Assembly: GCA_945482615.1 (NCBI GenBank) | Contig: CALYRG010000002.1 | Span: forward strand, 3,605-67,604 | Origin: an uncultured Clostridia bacterium | GTDB lineage: Bacteria > Bacillota > Clostridia > Oscillospirales > Oscillospiraceae | Direction of reading: 5' to 3' | DNA: 64,000 nucleotides | Part shown: piece by piece, positions 36,333-46,267 of the stretch | How the letters are laid out: each line of letters opens with the position of its first letter | Position numbering within the stretch: the stretch's first letter is position 1 | The notes under the pieces: model-generated | The model's database searches: none | What the model was told of the DNA's origin: nothing | The model's input: only the letters and a program-made list of their open reading frames with translations | Made by a program: the position numbers and the translations under genes

Positions 36333-37493
36333 TCAGATTGCTGCGCCGGAGGCAGCACACAGATTATCCACATCACTGCTTGCGTCTACAGTTGCGTCCT
36401 GTGCGCTGAGCAGCTGGATCGTATCGACTATGTAGCGGGTCATTTCCTTATCGCCCCGGAACTGGTAGAGCAGGGTTTCGTTGGCATAACGGTCCTTCTG
36501 ATACAGAATGTCGAAGATATCTGCCCTGCTGAGTCCTCTGCCGTGGAGATACTGCACCGCATTGACGCGCACATGCCAGTTGGGACTGGTGATTTTTTTC
36601 AGGATGATGTCATACACTTCCCGGTCACTGTACTGCCGCAGGGCCTGAATGGAGAGCATTTGCTCGATCCATGGGGCATCTTCATTCCCAAGCACCCTGA
36701 GGAAATAAGCCCGGGAGTCCGCGCTGGGATATTTGGCAAAATAGCGCATAGCGGTGTAGCGCACCTGGTCGTTCGCCTTTCCGTCTGTCAGGATGCGCAT
36801 ACACAGGCCGGAAGCATCATAGCCGCGCAGCCGGAAATAGTCCAGCAGACAATCCTGAATATAGGGTGTATAGCTGTCAAATTTCCCCACCAGGCGGTCG
36901 CTGAGCGCATCGCCCTCCACCCGGGCCGACAGGAGGCCGTCTACCAGCAGCTTCTTATGGTAGAAGCCCGCCCGCTCATTGACCTTGTCCATGGCACGCA
37001 TCAGCGGTGTGGTCAGACCGATAGCGTACAGGCAGTTCATGGTGTTGGCGAAGGTGTACAGCGATTTGGAATCCAGGAAGCCCATCAGATCATCCACAAA
37101 CTCCGGGGTGGGTTTTTCCCGGCGGTAGTCAAAGGTGGAAAGAACGTAGGTATAGTACGCCTGCTCATAGTCGTCTCTGGAGGTGTACTCCTTCAGCTGG
37201 GCAAACACAAAAGGGCGGAACCACTCCCGTGCCTGCGCATCCTCCTCCAGAACGCCCTGCAATGTGAGCAGGTTTCTGGTTTTCGGCAGGGCCTGCCGAA
37301 GGGTTTCCGGGAAGCCCGGAGAAAAAGCCCCCGATTCCCTGTACACTCTGATCTCTCTGCGGATCTGATCTTCCAGCGTTCGGTTGATGCGGTAAGCGAC
37401 AAGGCTCCGCCGGTTCTGCACCAGCAGGAAGCATATGTCGAACAGCAGCAGGGAAGCACAGAGCAGCATATACACGCGGATAATGATGGTCAT
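36333..37493 (-). CDS. Membrane-anchored HEAT-repeat protein
   Basis: N-terminal TM; DQVRYTAMRYF and NWHVRVNAVQYL helical repeats. Confidence 0.65.
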   Translation of the reverse strand: MTIIIRVYMLLCASLLLFDICFLLVQNRRSLVAYRINRTLEDQIRREIRVYRESGAFSPGFPETLRQALPKTRNLLTLQGVLEEDAQAREWFRPFVFAQLKEYTSRDDYEQAYYTYVLSTFDYRREKPTPEFVDDLMGFLDSKSLYTFANTMNCLYAIGLTTPLMRAMDKVNERAGFYHKKLLVDGLLSARVEGDALSDRLVGKFDSYTPYIQDCLLDYFRLRGYDASGLCMRILTDGKANDQVRYTAMRYFAKYPSADSRAYFLRVLGNEDAPWIEQMLSIQALRQYSDREVYDIILKKITSPNWHVRVNAVQYLHGRGLSRADIFDILYQKDRYANETLLYQFRGDKEMTRYIVDTIQLLSAQDATVDASSDVDNLCAASGAAI

Positions 37494-37550
37494 AACTTAT
37501 CTCTCCTTTCAGCGAACAATTCTCAAGCAGCATGGTCTGCGGTCAGCATT

Positions 37551-39716
37551 TTAATGCTGCGTTGTTTTTCCGGTCCAATAGGCCTGCAGAATGTAGTAAG
37601 ACTGCTTCAGCCGCTCGTGGTATTCCGGCTTTCGGCCCAGCTTCTTCATGGGGAAGCTGGCCATCTGGATGGTATCGCTGCCGTCTCCCACACCCACCCG
37701 GATGGAATCGATGGTCAGGTATTCCACGCCATAGCATTCATAGTAGTCATCATGGATGCGCATGGTGGTTGGGTCGGCAAAGTTCAGCAGCTGCCAGGGA
37801 AGCTTGATCTCCACGAAGCCCTCTCCGGCGCAGAAATCCGCAAGAGAGTTAAAGTCCGGTGAATCAGGGTTTGCGTTGCCGTAGGTCAGCTTACCGGTTT
37901 CGTAGGTCTCCTCAATACGATAATGGCGGATATTTGTCATATCATATTCGTAAATTTCCAATGGCATATCCGGACCCCCTGTGCTGCTTCTTTCATAATA
38001 CCGGACATTATTCAGAAGGAGTCTTATGGTTAAGAACTGGGCTGAATCCGCAGACGGGTAGGTTCTGGAAAAGACATTCTCCCGCATTGTTTCGTTGTAA
38101 TACAGAGCCGACACCATGTCGTAGTATTCCTGAACCCAAACATGGCTGTTTCGCTTTCCATCTATTTCAATGATGAAGTCACTTGCTTCACTCATGGACA
38201 CTGCCAGATTATCCGCCTTCAAGGAACCGCTCTTTGGTGTAGTGTCAATCGGGATATACAGCTTATCCGTCGTGAGGTTCCAGCCATCCTTCTCCACCAG
38301 GAAATATATGAATTTCTCATCATATTTCATTGAAAGGCTAAAGCCATCCTGAATGGTAACACGATCCTTTTCTGTCCACTCGGAACGGTCCCCATCCACA
38401 TAGCAGATGCTTTTTTCCTTTCCCGGATCAAACGAGAGCAAGCCAAAATACTGCCCGTTTGTCTGGTAGTCACTCCAATAGGGAGTTCTTAGCAGATCAG
38501 TAGCCGCCAAGGTGTTCCACGTGCGTTTGAACCATTCATCCTGCCAGGAAAAAGCGATTCCGCCCGCACTGCCGGCCTCGATAATATCCTGATACATAGA
38601 CACCAGCGCATAGCCCTGCTGCGTTTCACTCATACCTCCCTGATTCCGCCCCAGGCCCTCCTCACGGGCAGCCATACCCCGGGAAGAAGGCACGCCGAAC
38701 TCTGAAATAACCACAGGTATGGTGTGGTGTGCATTGATATCCGTCAGATACTGAAGATAGGTGTTCTGTTCATGCCCTTTCTGATACTTGTAATAATCCG
38801 GATAGTACGGATAGATATGATAGGACGCAAATTGTCCCGACTTGAAGTTCTCTGTACACTTGATGTGTTCCACATCAATAGAAGCCGTTTTACCGAATTT
38901 TCTGATAACGTTTATATTGTATTCCAGCGGATCGGTTGTCGGCCAGTTAGAGAAGGCGGTCATGCGCTGCGTCCCGTATTTTTTCGTTTCGTAGCGAACG
39001 ACTTCTTCTCCGACACGTGCCAGAAAAATCTCGAAATTACTGGCATCCTCCGTATAAAAATAATCACCGGAAAATTGTGGTTCCTGCGTAAGGGAATAAT
39101 CTGTATAGCCAACCAGCGTATTTTCCCATTCCACACCCATGATGTATCCAATGACCCAAGGAGAGATATCCCATTTATAGTAGGTCCGAAACAGGCTTCC
39201 CTCTACACTGCCTTTGTTCCGTCCGTGAACCACATCCACCACTTGCTTGCAGGACTTCAGAAACGGTTTAAAAAATTCCGCGTCCAGAGCACTGAAACTG
39301 GAATTGATCAAGTAGTCATCCACCCAGACACCATGAATCAGGTACAACGGGTTGTCGTTGTTGACATTGTATTCGTAAAACGCCTCATAAAAGGCCGGAC
39401 CCGCAACGGTATAGGTACGAATCACGTTTGCACCCAACTCCTGAATTTGCGAAAACCAGCGCAGATACTCCTCTTTTGTGATGGCCAGCTCGGTCGCATA
39501 ATGCCCCGGTTTAGCCAACCCCAGATCGACACCTTTTACTGTGAATTCCTCGAATCCGTTTCCCATATCGAGGAAAATCTTCTCACCTTTCGCCATAGAA
39601 TGATATTCCGGTTCACCTCTGTGGGGAAGGTAGATTACTCCCACCTGAAAAAACAGATAATCAAAAAGAAACAATCCCACAAGCAGGGAGGCGACGGCAA
39701 TCAGATATTTTTTCAT
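37551..39716 (-). CDS. Membrane-anchored TIM-barrel glycoside hydrolase-like protein
   Basis: KGVDLG, GANVIRTYT, ASYHIYPYYP, PVVISEFGVP, AFSWQDEWFKRTWN. Confidence 0.7.
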   Translation of the reverse strand: MKKYLIAVASLLVGLFLFDYLFFQVGVIYLPHRGEPEYHSMAKGEKIFLDMGNGFEEFTVKGVDLGLAKPGHYATELAITKEEYLRWFSQIQELGANVIRTYTVAGPAFYEAFYEYNVNNDNPLYLIHGVWVDDYLINSSFSALDAEFFKPFLKSCKQVVDVVHGRNKGSVEGSLFRTYYKWDISPWVIGYIMGVEWENTLVGYTDYSLTQEPQFSGDYFYTEDASNFEIFLARVGEEVVRYETKKYGTQRMTAFSNWPTTDPLEYNINVIRKFGKTASIDVEHIKCTENFKSGQFASYHIYPYYPDYYKYQKGHEQNTYLQYLTDINAHHTIPVVISEFGVPSSRGMAAREEGLGRNQGGMSETQQGYALVSMYQDIIEAGSAGGIAFSWQDEWFKRTWNTLAATDLLRTPYWSDYQTNGQYFGLLSFDPGKEKSICYVDGDRSEWTEKDRVTIQDGFSLSMKYDEKFIYFLVEKDGWNLTTDKLYIPIDTTPKSGSLKADNLAVSMSEASDFIIEIDGKRNSHVWVQEYYDMVSALYYNETMRENVFSRTYPSADSAQFLTIRLLLNNVRYYERSSTGGPDMPLEIYEYDMTNIRHYRIEETYETGKLTYGNANPDSPDFNSLADFCAGEGFVEIKLPWQLLNFADPTTMRIHDDYYECYGVEYLTIDSIRVGVGDGSDTIQMASFPMKKLGRKPEYHERLKQSYYILQAYWTGKTTQH

Positions 39717-41224
39717 TGAAGCGCCCCTTTTGAATTAGAATCATAATTGTACACTTTGTTCGTAGACCCATGGCACAGATAGTACAGCCTGTCAAGATTG
39801 CTGTCCATGTGGTCAATCCGGTTGGAAATGCAGTCCTTGACCTGCGCAATAGCCTCGTCATAGCTGCGAACATTTCGTTCCGCAGGTGTTAGGTAGTCAT
39901 ATTCCGCGCCAAACGAGTAACCCCATTTCTCAAAGTTACGTTCAACGGCAGGGCCAAGGTACGCAACCGTTTCATCAATGTACTGAAACAGATACGCTTC
40001 GTTAAAAAACGTTTCTCTCAACTCATAGTACCGATCAATAACATCATCGACAAAGGATTTGTCTTTGAAGAGATACTGATACCACATGCTAGACTGCATC
40101 AAAAAGGTCTCCGGCGAAATGCTGGACAATTCGTAATAATCAAACGCTGAGTTAAAATCCCAAACACAAAGCTGAAGCTTTTCTCTGATATCCTTATACA
40201 AATAGGTTGAATAAAATGGAGCATCGTAGTTAAGCGTAAACTCGTTTATCAGGAAAAAGTCCACAAAGGAATCCACATCGACGTACTGACGATAGCCTTT
40301 GCTGCGGTCCGTATAATCAAAGGAAAAAAGAGCCTTTTCAAATTTTGAAATATCGTTGGCGATATAATCATGCTGCTCCTGCGTAAGGCTTTTTCCGGGG
40401 TATTCAATCTCCAACTGGCCTCTCACATCCGTCGGGCCGGGATTGATGTACATATAGGAAGCAAATGTACTAAGTGAATGAAGCTCATCACTTGCCCCCC
40501 GGTCTACACGGACAATGTAAGAGGTGGTTTCCAGTTTCGGATCCGTTTCTGTGATGAAAATTCGTCCATTGTCGTTTTGTTTAATTTTTTCAACAAGCAG
40601 ATACACGCCCATATATTCGTTGTTGAGAATCAGCTCACAGAAACGAACGTTCGGCGCATAGTCCATAATCTCGCCTGAAAGATTGTAGCAAAGATAATTG
40701 CGGATAAGCGTTTTATCGAGGAATGGACCATGCAGGACCCACTCTGAATCTGCTGTCATTCCGTCGATGGAAACCTTCTTGCCTGTAACCATATCCTGTT
40801 CGGTAAATTTTATCAAGTACCCTTTTTTATCGAAGCTACGAGACCAGTTTCCTCGAATACGGATGAGCCCTCTTTCAAAAAAATCCGGTTCATCCGTCAG
40901 GTGATTGTTCCCTCCAGAATTTGTGAAAAACTCCACCGAGGCTGCCACCATTTCATTGTTGGAAACTGGCGAGCCCGCTTCATCTCTAATTCTCTTTCCG
41001 GTGTCGTCATAAAGGAAGGGATCTGGAATCGGAGCGTCGGTGACAATGTTGAACAGCGGCAAATGGGTGCAGAAGACATCATCGCCGTGATCGGTACAGG
41101 GCGTATAGGGTTTATTCTCCAGATGCTGGTGGTAGCGGTTAGGCTTCGATTCATAGTTTTGCAAAAACAGCACGCCTGCCAGCATCGCCGCCACGGCGGC
41201 AAGACAGCTCAACCTGTACTTCAT
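39713..41224 (-). CDS. CotH-family secreted kinase
   Basis: IRGNWSR.FDKK.Y, DKTLIRNY, YMGVYLLVEKI, YVDVDSFVDFFLINE, WDFNSAF. Confidence 0.88.
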   Translation of the reverse strand: MKYRLSCLAAVAAMLAGVLFLQNYESKPNRYHQHLENKPYTPCTDHGDDVFCTHLPLFNIVTDAPIPDPFLYDDTGKRIRDEAGSPVSNNEMVAASVEFFTNSGGNNHLTDEPDFFERGLIRIRGNWSRSFDKKGYLIKFTEQDMVTGKKVSIDGMTADSEWVLHGPFLDKTLIRNYLCYNLSGEIMDYAPNVRFCELILNNEYMGVYLLVEKIKQNDNGRIFITETDPKLETTSYIVRVDRGASDELHSLSTFASYMYINPGPTDVRGQLEIEYPGKSLTQEQHDYIANDISKFEKALFSFDYTDRSKGYRQYVDVDSFVDFFLINEFTLNYDAPFYSTYLYKDIREKLQLCVWDFNSAFDYYELSSISPETFLMQSSMWYQYLFKDKSFVDDVIDRYYELRETFFNEAYLFQYIDETVAYLGPAVERNFEKWGYSFGAEYDYLTPAERNVRSYDEAIAQVKDCISNRIDHMDSNLDRLYYLCHGSTNKVYNYDSNSKGALQ

Positions 41225-41241
41225 GATTGCGAACTCCCGCG

Positions 41242-41940
41242 TCAGGCAATCTCGTCGCTCTGGACGACGAGGTTGACATAGTGCACACCGCCCAGGGCGT
41301 AGAGCTGGTCATTCAGGGAGGGCTTGCTGCCGTCGGCCTGAGGCTTCTGAACCTTCCGGGCTTTCTCCAGCATTTTGGCGCTGACCTCATAGATAAACTC
41401 TACCGTCGCCTCGGTGGTGTTCTGGGCCTTGATAACAGGGGGTGAGGTGAAGTAGCCGAACAGCAGCCTGCGGATGGCCTCCTCCCGATCCCGCTGGGCG
41501 CGGATCACCAGCAGGATGCGGTTTTCGCTGCGCACCCGGCCAAAAAACAGAAGCAGCAAAAAAACAATGGCACTGCCAACGCCTGCCACCAGATAGTCCC
41601 CCACACCGCAGCAGATGCCCACGATAATGGTCCAGAAAATGTATGCCGTGTCCCGGCTGTCCTTGATGGAGGTACGGAAACGGATGATGGACAGGGCGCC
41701 CACCATGCCCAGAGACAGCGCCACATTGTTGCCGATGACCGTCATAACGGTAGCCGTGAGCACCGTCAGGGTCAGCAGGGTCACGTTGAACTTCCGGCTG
41801 TAGATGGAGCCGGAGTGGGTGATCCAGTAGGACAGATAGATGGCGCAGCCCAGCGCCGCCGCTACCGCAATACGGACAATAATGTCCTCCGTGGTGAGAT
41901 TGCCGGAGTTGCTGATGATTTCATACAGATATTTTCTCAT
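41242..41940 (-). CDS. DUF4956 membrane protein
   Basis: IGNNVALSLGMVGALSIIRFRTSIKD.RD. Confidence 0.88.
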   Translation of the reverse strand: MRKYLYEIISNSGNLTTEDIIVRIAVAAALGCAIYLSYWITHSGSIYSRKFNVTLLTLTVLTATVMTVIGNNVALSLGMVGALSIIRFRTSIKDSRDTAYIFWTIIVGICCGVGDYLVAGVGSAIVFLLLLFFGRVRSENRILLVIRAQRDREEAIRRLLFGYFTSPPVIKAQNTTEATVEFIYEVSAKMLEKARKVQKPQADGSKPSLNDQLYALGGVHYVNLVVQSDEIA

Positions 41941-41959
41941 TTTGTCCTCCTTGTCCAGA

Positions 41960-42655
41960 CTACAGTTGCAGAGGGTATCCAATGGAACGGCTTAAACAGT
42001 ATTTGCTGGACGTAATACTGCGCCGGTCCACCGCTGAAATGGCATCCTTGATATAGCTGAGCATGAAACCGTCATACTTCACTTCAAAAATCAGCTTGTC
42101 CGGGTCGTACACCGGATACAGGGGAAGGTTGGCCCCAAACAGGTCAAAGGAGCTTTCCGTGGCCCGAATCCCGGAATCAAAGGTCAGCCGGATATTGTTC
42201 TCCCGGGCCAGAAATGCCCGGCGCTGATACTCCACAATGGATTTGGGGCGGTAGCATTCCTCCGTCATCCGGCAGAACAGCTCCGCCGCAAAGGGCTCCG
42301 GATACTTCAGGAGCACGGAATACTGCCCGTCAATGAGGGCCAGCGCATCCTCCCGGGACACCGACAGGGAGCGCTTTCGCTGGTAGACCCCGCTTTTCTG
42401 CTTCATTTCCAGCTTAGCAGTCTGATCCTCCGGGGAATATACCCGCAGACGGATCTTCCTGCGAAGATTCTGCTCCGTCAGCTTATCGAAAAAATCCCGG
42501 TCATCCACCGTGTCAAAATACAGGGAGCGAACCAGATAGCTGCCCTGCACGGAATGAGAATCCGCCATGAGAACCTGAGAAAAGAAGTGGGCGTACTGAA
42601 TCGCTTCCTGCAGATTCAGCGGATACTTCTCCTCCTGGCGCAAAACGTTTAACAT
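41960..42655 (-). CDS. VTC-domain (polyphosphate polymerase-like, CYTH superfamily) protein
   Basis: RQEEKY, YLVRSLYFDT, RRKIRLRVY, YQRRAF..IRLTFD, EVKY, SKY. Confidence 0.88.
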   Translation of the reverse strand: MLNVLRQEEKYPLNLQEAIQYAHFFSQVLMADSHSVQGSYLVRSLYFDTVDDRDFFDKLTEQNLRRKIRLRVYSPEDQTAKLEMKQKSGVYQRKRSLSVSREDALALIDGQYSVLLKYPEPFAAELFCRMTEECYRPKSIVEYQRRAFLARENNIRLTFDSGIRATESSFDLFGANLPLYPVYDPDKLIFEVKYDGFMLSYIKDAISAVDRRSITSSKYCLSRSIGYPLQL

Positions 42656-42737
42656 GAAGCTGGTCTCCTTGTCGTTCTGTGGGAAAGGGAGTCATAGTAT
42701 GCAAACATTTTTCATTTGCATATAGTTACTCAATCTG

Positions 42738-42766
42738 ATTGTACCTCCAAATAGTCGTATTGTCAA
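42738..42766 (-). promoter_or_regulatory. SigA promoter of the VTC-GT2 operon
   Basis: TTGACA-17 bp-TACAAT on the minus strand. Confidence 0.7.
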
Positions 42767-42818
42767 CAAAAAAATCCATTTTTCGTCTTTTTCGCTGCAT
42801 GGCGGTTTTTGAAAACGG

Positions 42819-42847
42819 TTGACTTTATCGTGATAAAGCGGTACAAT
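42819..42847 (+). promoter_or_regulatory. SigA promoter with a palindromic operator
   Basis: TTGACT-17 bp-TACAAT; CTTTATC-gt-GATAAAG at 42823-42838. Confidence 0.65.
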
Positions 42848-42885
42848 AAGTATCACTTTAGTCTTTTGCGTCAGGAGCTGGTGTC

Positions 42886-44079
42886 ATGTTATCCAAACAA
42901 ATGCTTTACAATCTGGAAAATTCCTCCGCCATCCGTCAGATGTTCATCGAGGGCCAGGAGCTGGCCGCCCGGGTGGGTGCGGAAAATGTATACGATTTTT
43001 CCTTGGGCAATCCTGCCGCCCCGGTGCCGGAGGCCTTTACCCAGGCGCTGCTGGACATCATTCAGACCGAGGATTCCCTGACCCTTCACGGCTACATGAA
43101 CAACGCAGGCTATCCGGAGGTTCGTCAGGCCGTGGCCGACAGTCTCAACCGGCGGTTTGGCCTGTCCCTGGGCATGGAAAACATCATCATGACCAACGGC
43201 GCTGCCGGTGCCATCAACATCGTATTCAAGGCCATTCTGGACGTGGAGGACGACGTGGTGGTGTTCCGCCCCTACTTCGGCGAGTACCGCAGCTACGTCA
43301 GCAACTGGCACGGCCGCTGCGTGGAAGTCGACCCTCTGCTGCCCAGCTTCCAGCCGGATCTGGAGGACTTCGAGCGGAAGATCGATGAACGCACCAAGGC
43401 TGTCATTCTCAATAACCCCGTGAACCCCACCGGCGTGGTGTACAGCGCGGAAACCCTTGAAAGCATTGCCCGGATTCTGGAGCGTAAGCAGGCCGAGTAC
43501 CGCCATGAAATTTACCTGCTGGTGGACGAGCCCTACCGGGAGCTGGCCTACGACGGCGTGGATGTCCCCTATGTCACCAAATTCTACGGCAACACCTTCG
43601 TCATCTACTCCTTCTCCAAGACGCTGTCCGTCCCCGGCGAGCGCATCGGCTATGTGGTGGTTCCCCCTGCCATGGCCGACTGGGAAAATATGGCCAATGC
43701 CGTCACCGTGGCGAACCGGGTCTGCGGCTTCATCAACGCCCCCAGTCTGCTGCAGAAGGCCGTGGCCCGGTGCCTGGACGAGAAATGCGATATTGGATTC
43801 TATGACCGGAACCGCAGACTGCTCTACGATGCCCTCACCGGCATGGGCTTCCAGTGCGTCAGGCCCGAGGGTGCCTTCTACCTGTTTGTCAGGTCCCCGG
43901 AGGAGAACGAAAAGCAGTTCGTCGCACGGGCCAAAAAGCACAACCTGATCCTGGTCTCCGGCTCCACCTTCTCCATGCCAGGCTACGTCCGGCTGGCCTA
44001 CTGCGTGAAGACGGACATGATCCAAAGGAGCCTCCCGGCCTTTGAAGATCTGGCAAGAGAGTACAATCTGATTCCCTGA
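42886..44079 (+). CDS. PLP-dependent class I/II aminotransferase (aspartate aminotransferase-like)
   Basis: FSLGNP, NNPVNPTG, DEPY, SFSKTLSVPGERIGY. Confidence 0.9.
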   Translation: MLSKQMLYNLENSSAIRQMFIEGQELAARVGAENVYDFSLGNPAAPVPEAFTQALLDIIQTEDSLTLHGYMNNAGYPEVRQAVADSLNRRFGLSLGMENIIMTNGAAGAINIVFKAILDVEDDVVVFRPYFGEYRSYVSNWHGRCVEVDPLLPSFQPDLEDFERKIDERTKAVILNNPVNPTGVVYSAETLESIARILERKQAEYRHEIYLLVDEPYRELAYDGVDVPYVTKFYGNTFVIYSFSKTLSVPGERIGYVVVPPAMADWENMANAVTVANRVCGFINAPSLLQKAVARCLDEKCDIGFYDRNRRLLYDALTGMGFQCVRPEGAFYLFVRSPEENEKQFVARAKKHNLILVSGSTFSMPGYVRLAYCVKTDMIQRSLPAFEDLAREYNLIP

Positions 44080-44128
44080 TTCGTACATATAGCTGCCCCG
44101 GGTCCCTTTCGGAACCCGGGGCTTGTCA

Positions 44129-44929
44129 TTATTTCGTGGTAAGCCCTGTGTTGTTTCGGGGCTTCTTCTGCTGACTGAGCCACACGCTCATCACCAGGCT
44201 GTGGGGGAGGAGCTTTACCAGGAAGACCTGGAACTTGATGGGCAGGCCGTGGACGGAATAGTCCTTCCGGCTGTGGTACAGATCCTTCAGGCCCGTGCGC
44301 ACCACGTCCTTTGCCTCGTACAGGTAGTTAAAATACTGCACCTCATTGCCGCCGTTGGTCTGGAAGGCGTGGTCGAAGAACTCGGTTTTCACCCAGCTGG
44401 GGTTCATGGCCATGACCCGGATGCCCCTGTCCCTCAGCTCCCGGTTCATGGCCCGGGAGTAGCTGAGCACAAAGGCCTTGGTTGCGGCGTAGGTGGTGAT
44501 ATAGGGCACCGGCTGGAAGGCGGACAGGCTGTCCAGCTCCAGAATGTGGCTGCCCGGGGCCATGTAGGGCACGGTCAGCCGGGTCATCATCAGCAGAGCC
44601 TTGCAGTTCAGGTCGATCATCCGGCATTCGTCTTCCGTGTCGATCCTGCTGTAGGTTCCGAACTTGCCAAAGCCGGCGGCGTTCACCAGCAGACGGACGT
44701 TTGGCTTCTGGTCTTCCAGCAGGGCCGCGTAGGTCGCAAAGCTCTCCTCCCGGCACAGATCCAGCACGATGGGCCGCACCGGCACGGCGGACACCCCCCG
44801 GAGCTTTTCCAGCTCCCCGCCCCGGCGGGCAATGGCCCAGATCTCATCCACCGCCACCGCTCCCGGCAACTGCAGAACAAATTCTTTCCCCATTCCGGAG
44901 CTGGCTCCGGTAACGATGGCAATGTTCAC
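44129..44929 (-). CDS. Short-chain dehydrogenase/reductase
   Basis: TGASSGMG, VNAAGFG, YAATK. Confidence 0.9.
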   Translation of the reverse strand: MNIAIVTGASSGMGKEFVLQLPGAVAVDEIWAIARRGGELEKLRGVSAVPVRPIVLDLCREESFATYAALLEDQKPNVRLLVNAAGFGKFGTYSRIDTEDECRMIDLNCKALLMMTRLTVPYMAPGSHILELDSLSAFQPVPYITTYAATKAFVLSYSRAMNRELRDRGIRVMAMNPSWVKTEFFDHAFQTNGGNEVQYFNYLYEAKDVVRTGLKDLYHSRKDYSVHGLPIKFQVFLVKLLPHSLVMSVWLSQQKKPRNNTGLTTK

Positions 44930-44944
44930 GGTATTTCCTCCCCT

Positions 44945-46267
44945 TTACAATTCATATACGCTCCGGAGCCAGGCAAGCTCCGCTTCCTTTTCGTTTTCCA
45001 GCCGCTCGTCGATGACCGCGCCCAGCACAATATCCAGGGCCTGGCCGATCTGCTTTCCCCGCAGGCCCAGGGCCAGAAGGTCGTTTCCATTCACCGCCAG
45101 GTCCTTCACCGCCAGCACATCCTCCTCCGCCCGAATCTGCATCAGCAATGCCCGGATCTGGGGAAAGAAGTTGCGCCCTTCCTCCTCCCCGGTGCCCTTG
45201 CTGGTCATGTCCGCCTCCTGCAAATCCAGGAGCTTTTCCATCGCATCAAAGCCCAGCCGCCGGATCTGCCGCCGCAGCTGCTTCCGATCCGGGTCCAGGC
45301 GGAGCATATGGTTGGCAATCAGGGTCGGCACTGTCTGCACCATGGCACCGGGGGCTTTCAGCCGGAGCAGCACCTCCCGGGCCATCTTTGCTCCCGTGGG
45401 GGCGTGGCCATAGAAGTGGCCCCGGCCCGTTTCATCCCGGGTGAAGGTGGGAATTTTGCCGATATCATGCAGCAGCGCCGCCCAGCGAACCGTCAGATCC
45501 CGGCTCACCCCTGCGGTGACATGGGCCACATGGGTGTACAGATCGTAGGCGTGGTGGGGACTGTGCTGGTCAAAGCCGATCATAGGCGCCAGCTCCGGGA
45601 TCGCCTGTGCCAGAATGGGGGCGAACCGCTGCAAATCCTCCAGCCCGGCGCAGGGCAGGAATCCGCACAGCTCGTCATACACCCGCTCCCTTGCCAGCCT
45701 GTCCATCAGGCTGCGCTGGGAAAACATGGCCCCGAGGGTCTTTTCCTCCGGCTCCAAGCCATAGGCGGCACAGAACCGGATGCCCCGGAGAATCCGCAGG
45801 GCATCCTCCCGGAACCGCTGTTCCGGCTCCCCCACCGCCCGGAGCGTCTTCGTCTCCAGGTCCGCCCGCCCGCCGAAGGGGTCACGCAGTCCACGGTTTG
45901 GAGACCAGGCCATGGCATTGACGGTAAAATCCCGCCGGGCCAGATCCTGGTCGATGGCTCCCACAAAGGACACCCAGTCGGGATGGCGGCTGTCGGCATA
46001 GGTTCCCTCCGTGCGGTAGGTGGTGATCTCTACCGTCTGGCCCTCCACCACCACCCCCACCGTGCCGTGCTTTTCCCCGGCAAGGATCAGCTGGTGACCG
46101 GCAAAAACAGCCCGGGTCTGCTCCGGCAGGGCCCGGGTGCAGACATCGTAGTCCTTGGGGGTACGGCCCAGGAGCGCATCCCGGACGCAGCCTCCCACCA
46201 CCCAGGCTTCGCAGCCGCTGCGTTCCAGGGTGTTCAGGCAGTACAGGATGTTCTCAGGCAGCACCAT
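44945..46267 (-). CDS. cca: CCA tRNA nucleotidyltransferase with HD domain
   Basis: VGGCVRD, DYD, DLARRDFTVNAM, EDALRILR, ALLHDIGK. Confidence 0.88.
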   Translation of the reverse strand: MVLPENILYCLNTLERSGCEAWVVGGCVRDALLGRTPKDYDVCTRALPEQTRAVFAGHQLILAGEKHGTVGVVVEGQTVEITTYRTEGTYADSRHPDWVSFVGAIDQDLARRDFTVNAMAWSPNRGLRDPFGGRADLETKTLRAVGEPEQRFREDALRILRGIRFCAAYGLEPEEKTLGAMFSQRSLMDRLARERVYDELCGFLPCAGLEDLQRFAPILAQAIPELAPMIGFDQHSPHHAYDLYTHVAHVTAGVSRDLTVRWAALLHDIGKIPTFTRDETGRGHFYGHAPTGAKMAREVLLRLKAPGAMVQTVPTLIANHMLRLDPDRKQLRRQIRRLGFDAMEKLLDLQEADMTSKGTGEEEGRNFFPQIRALLMQIRAEEDVLAVKDLAVNGNDLLALGLRGKQIGQALDIVLGAVIDERLENEKEAELAWLRSVYEL

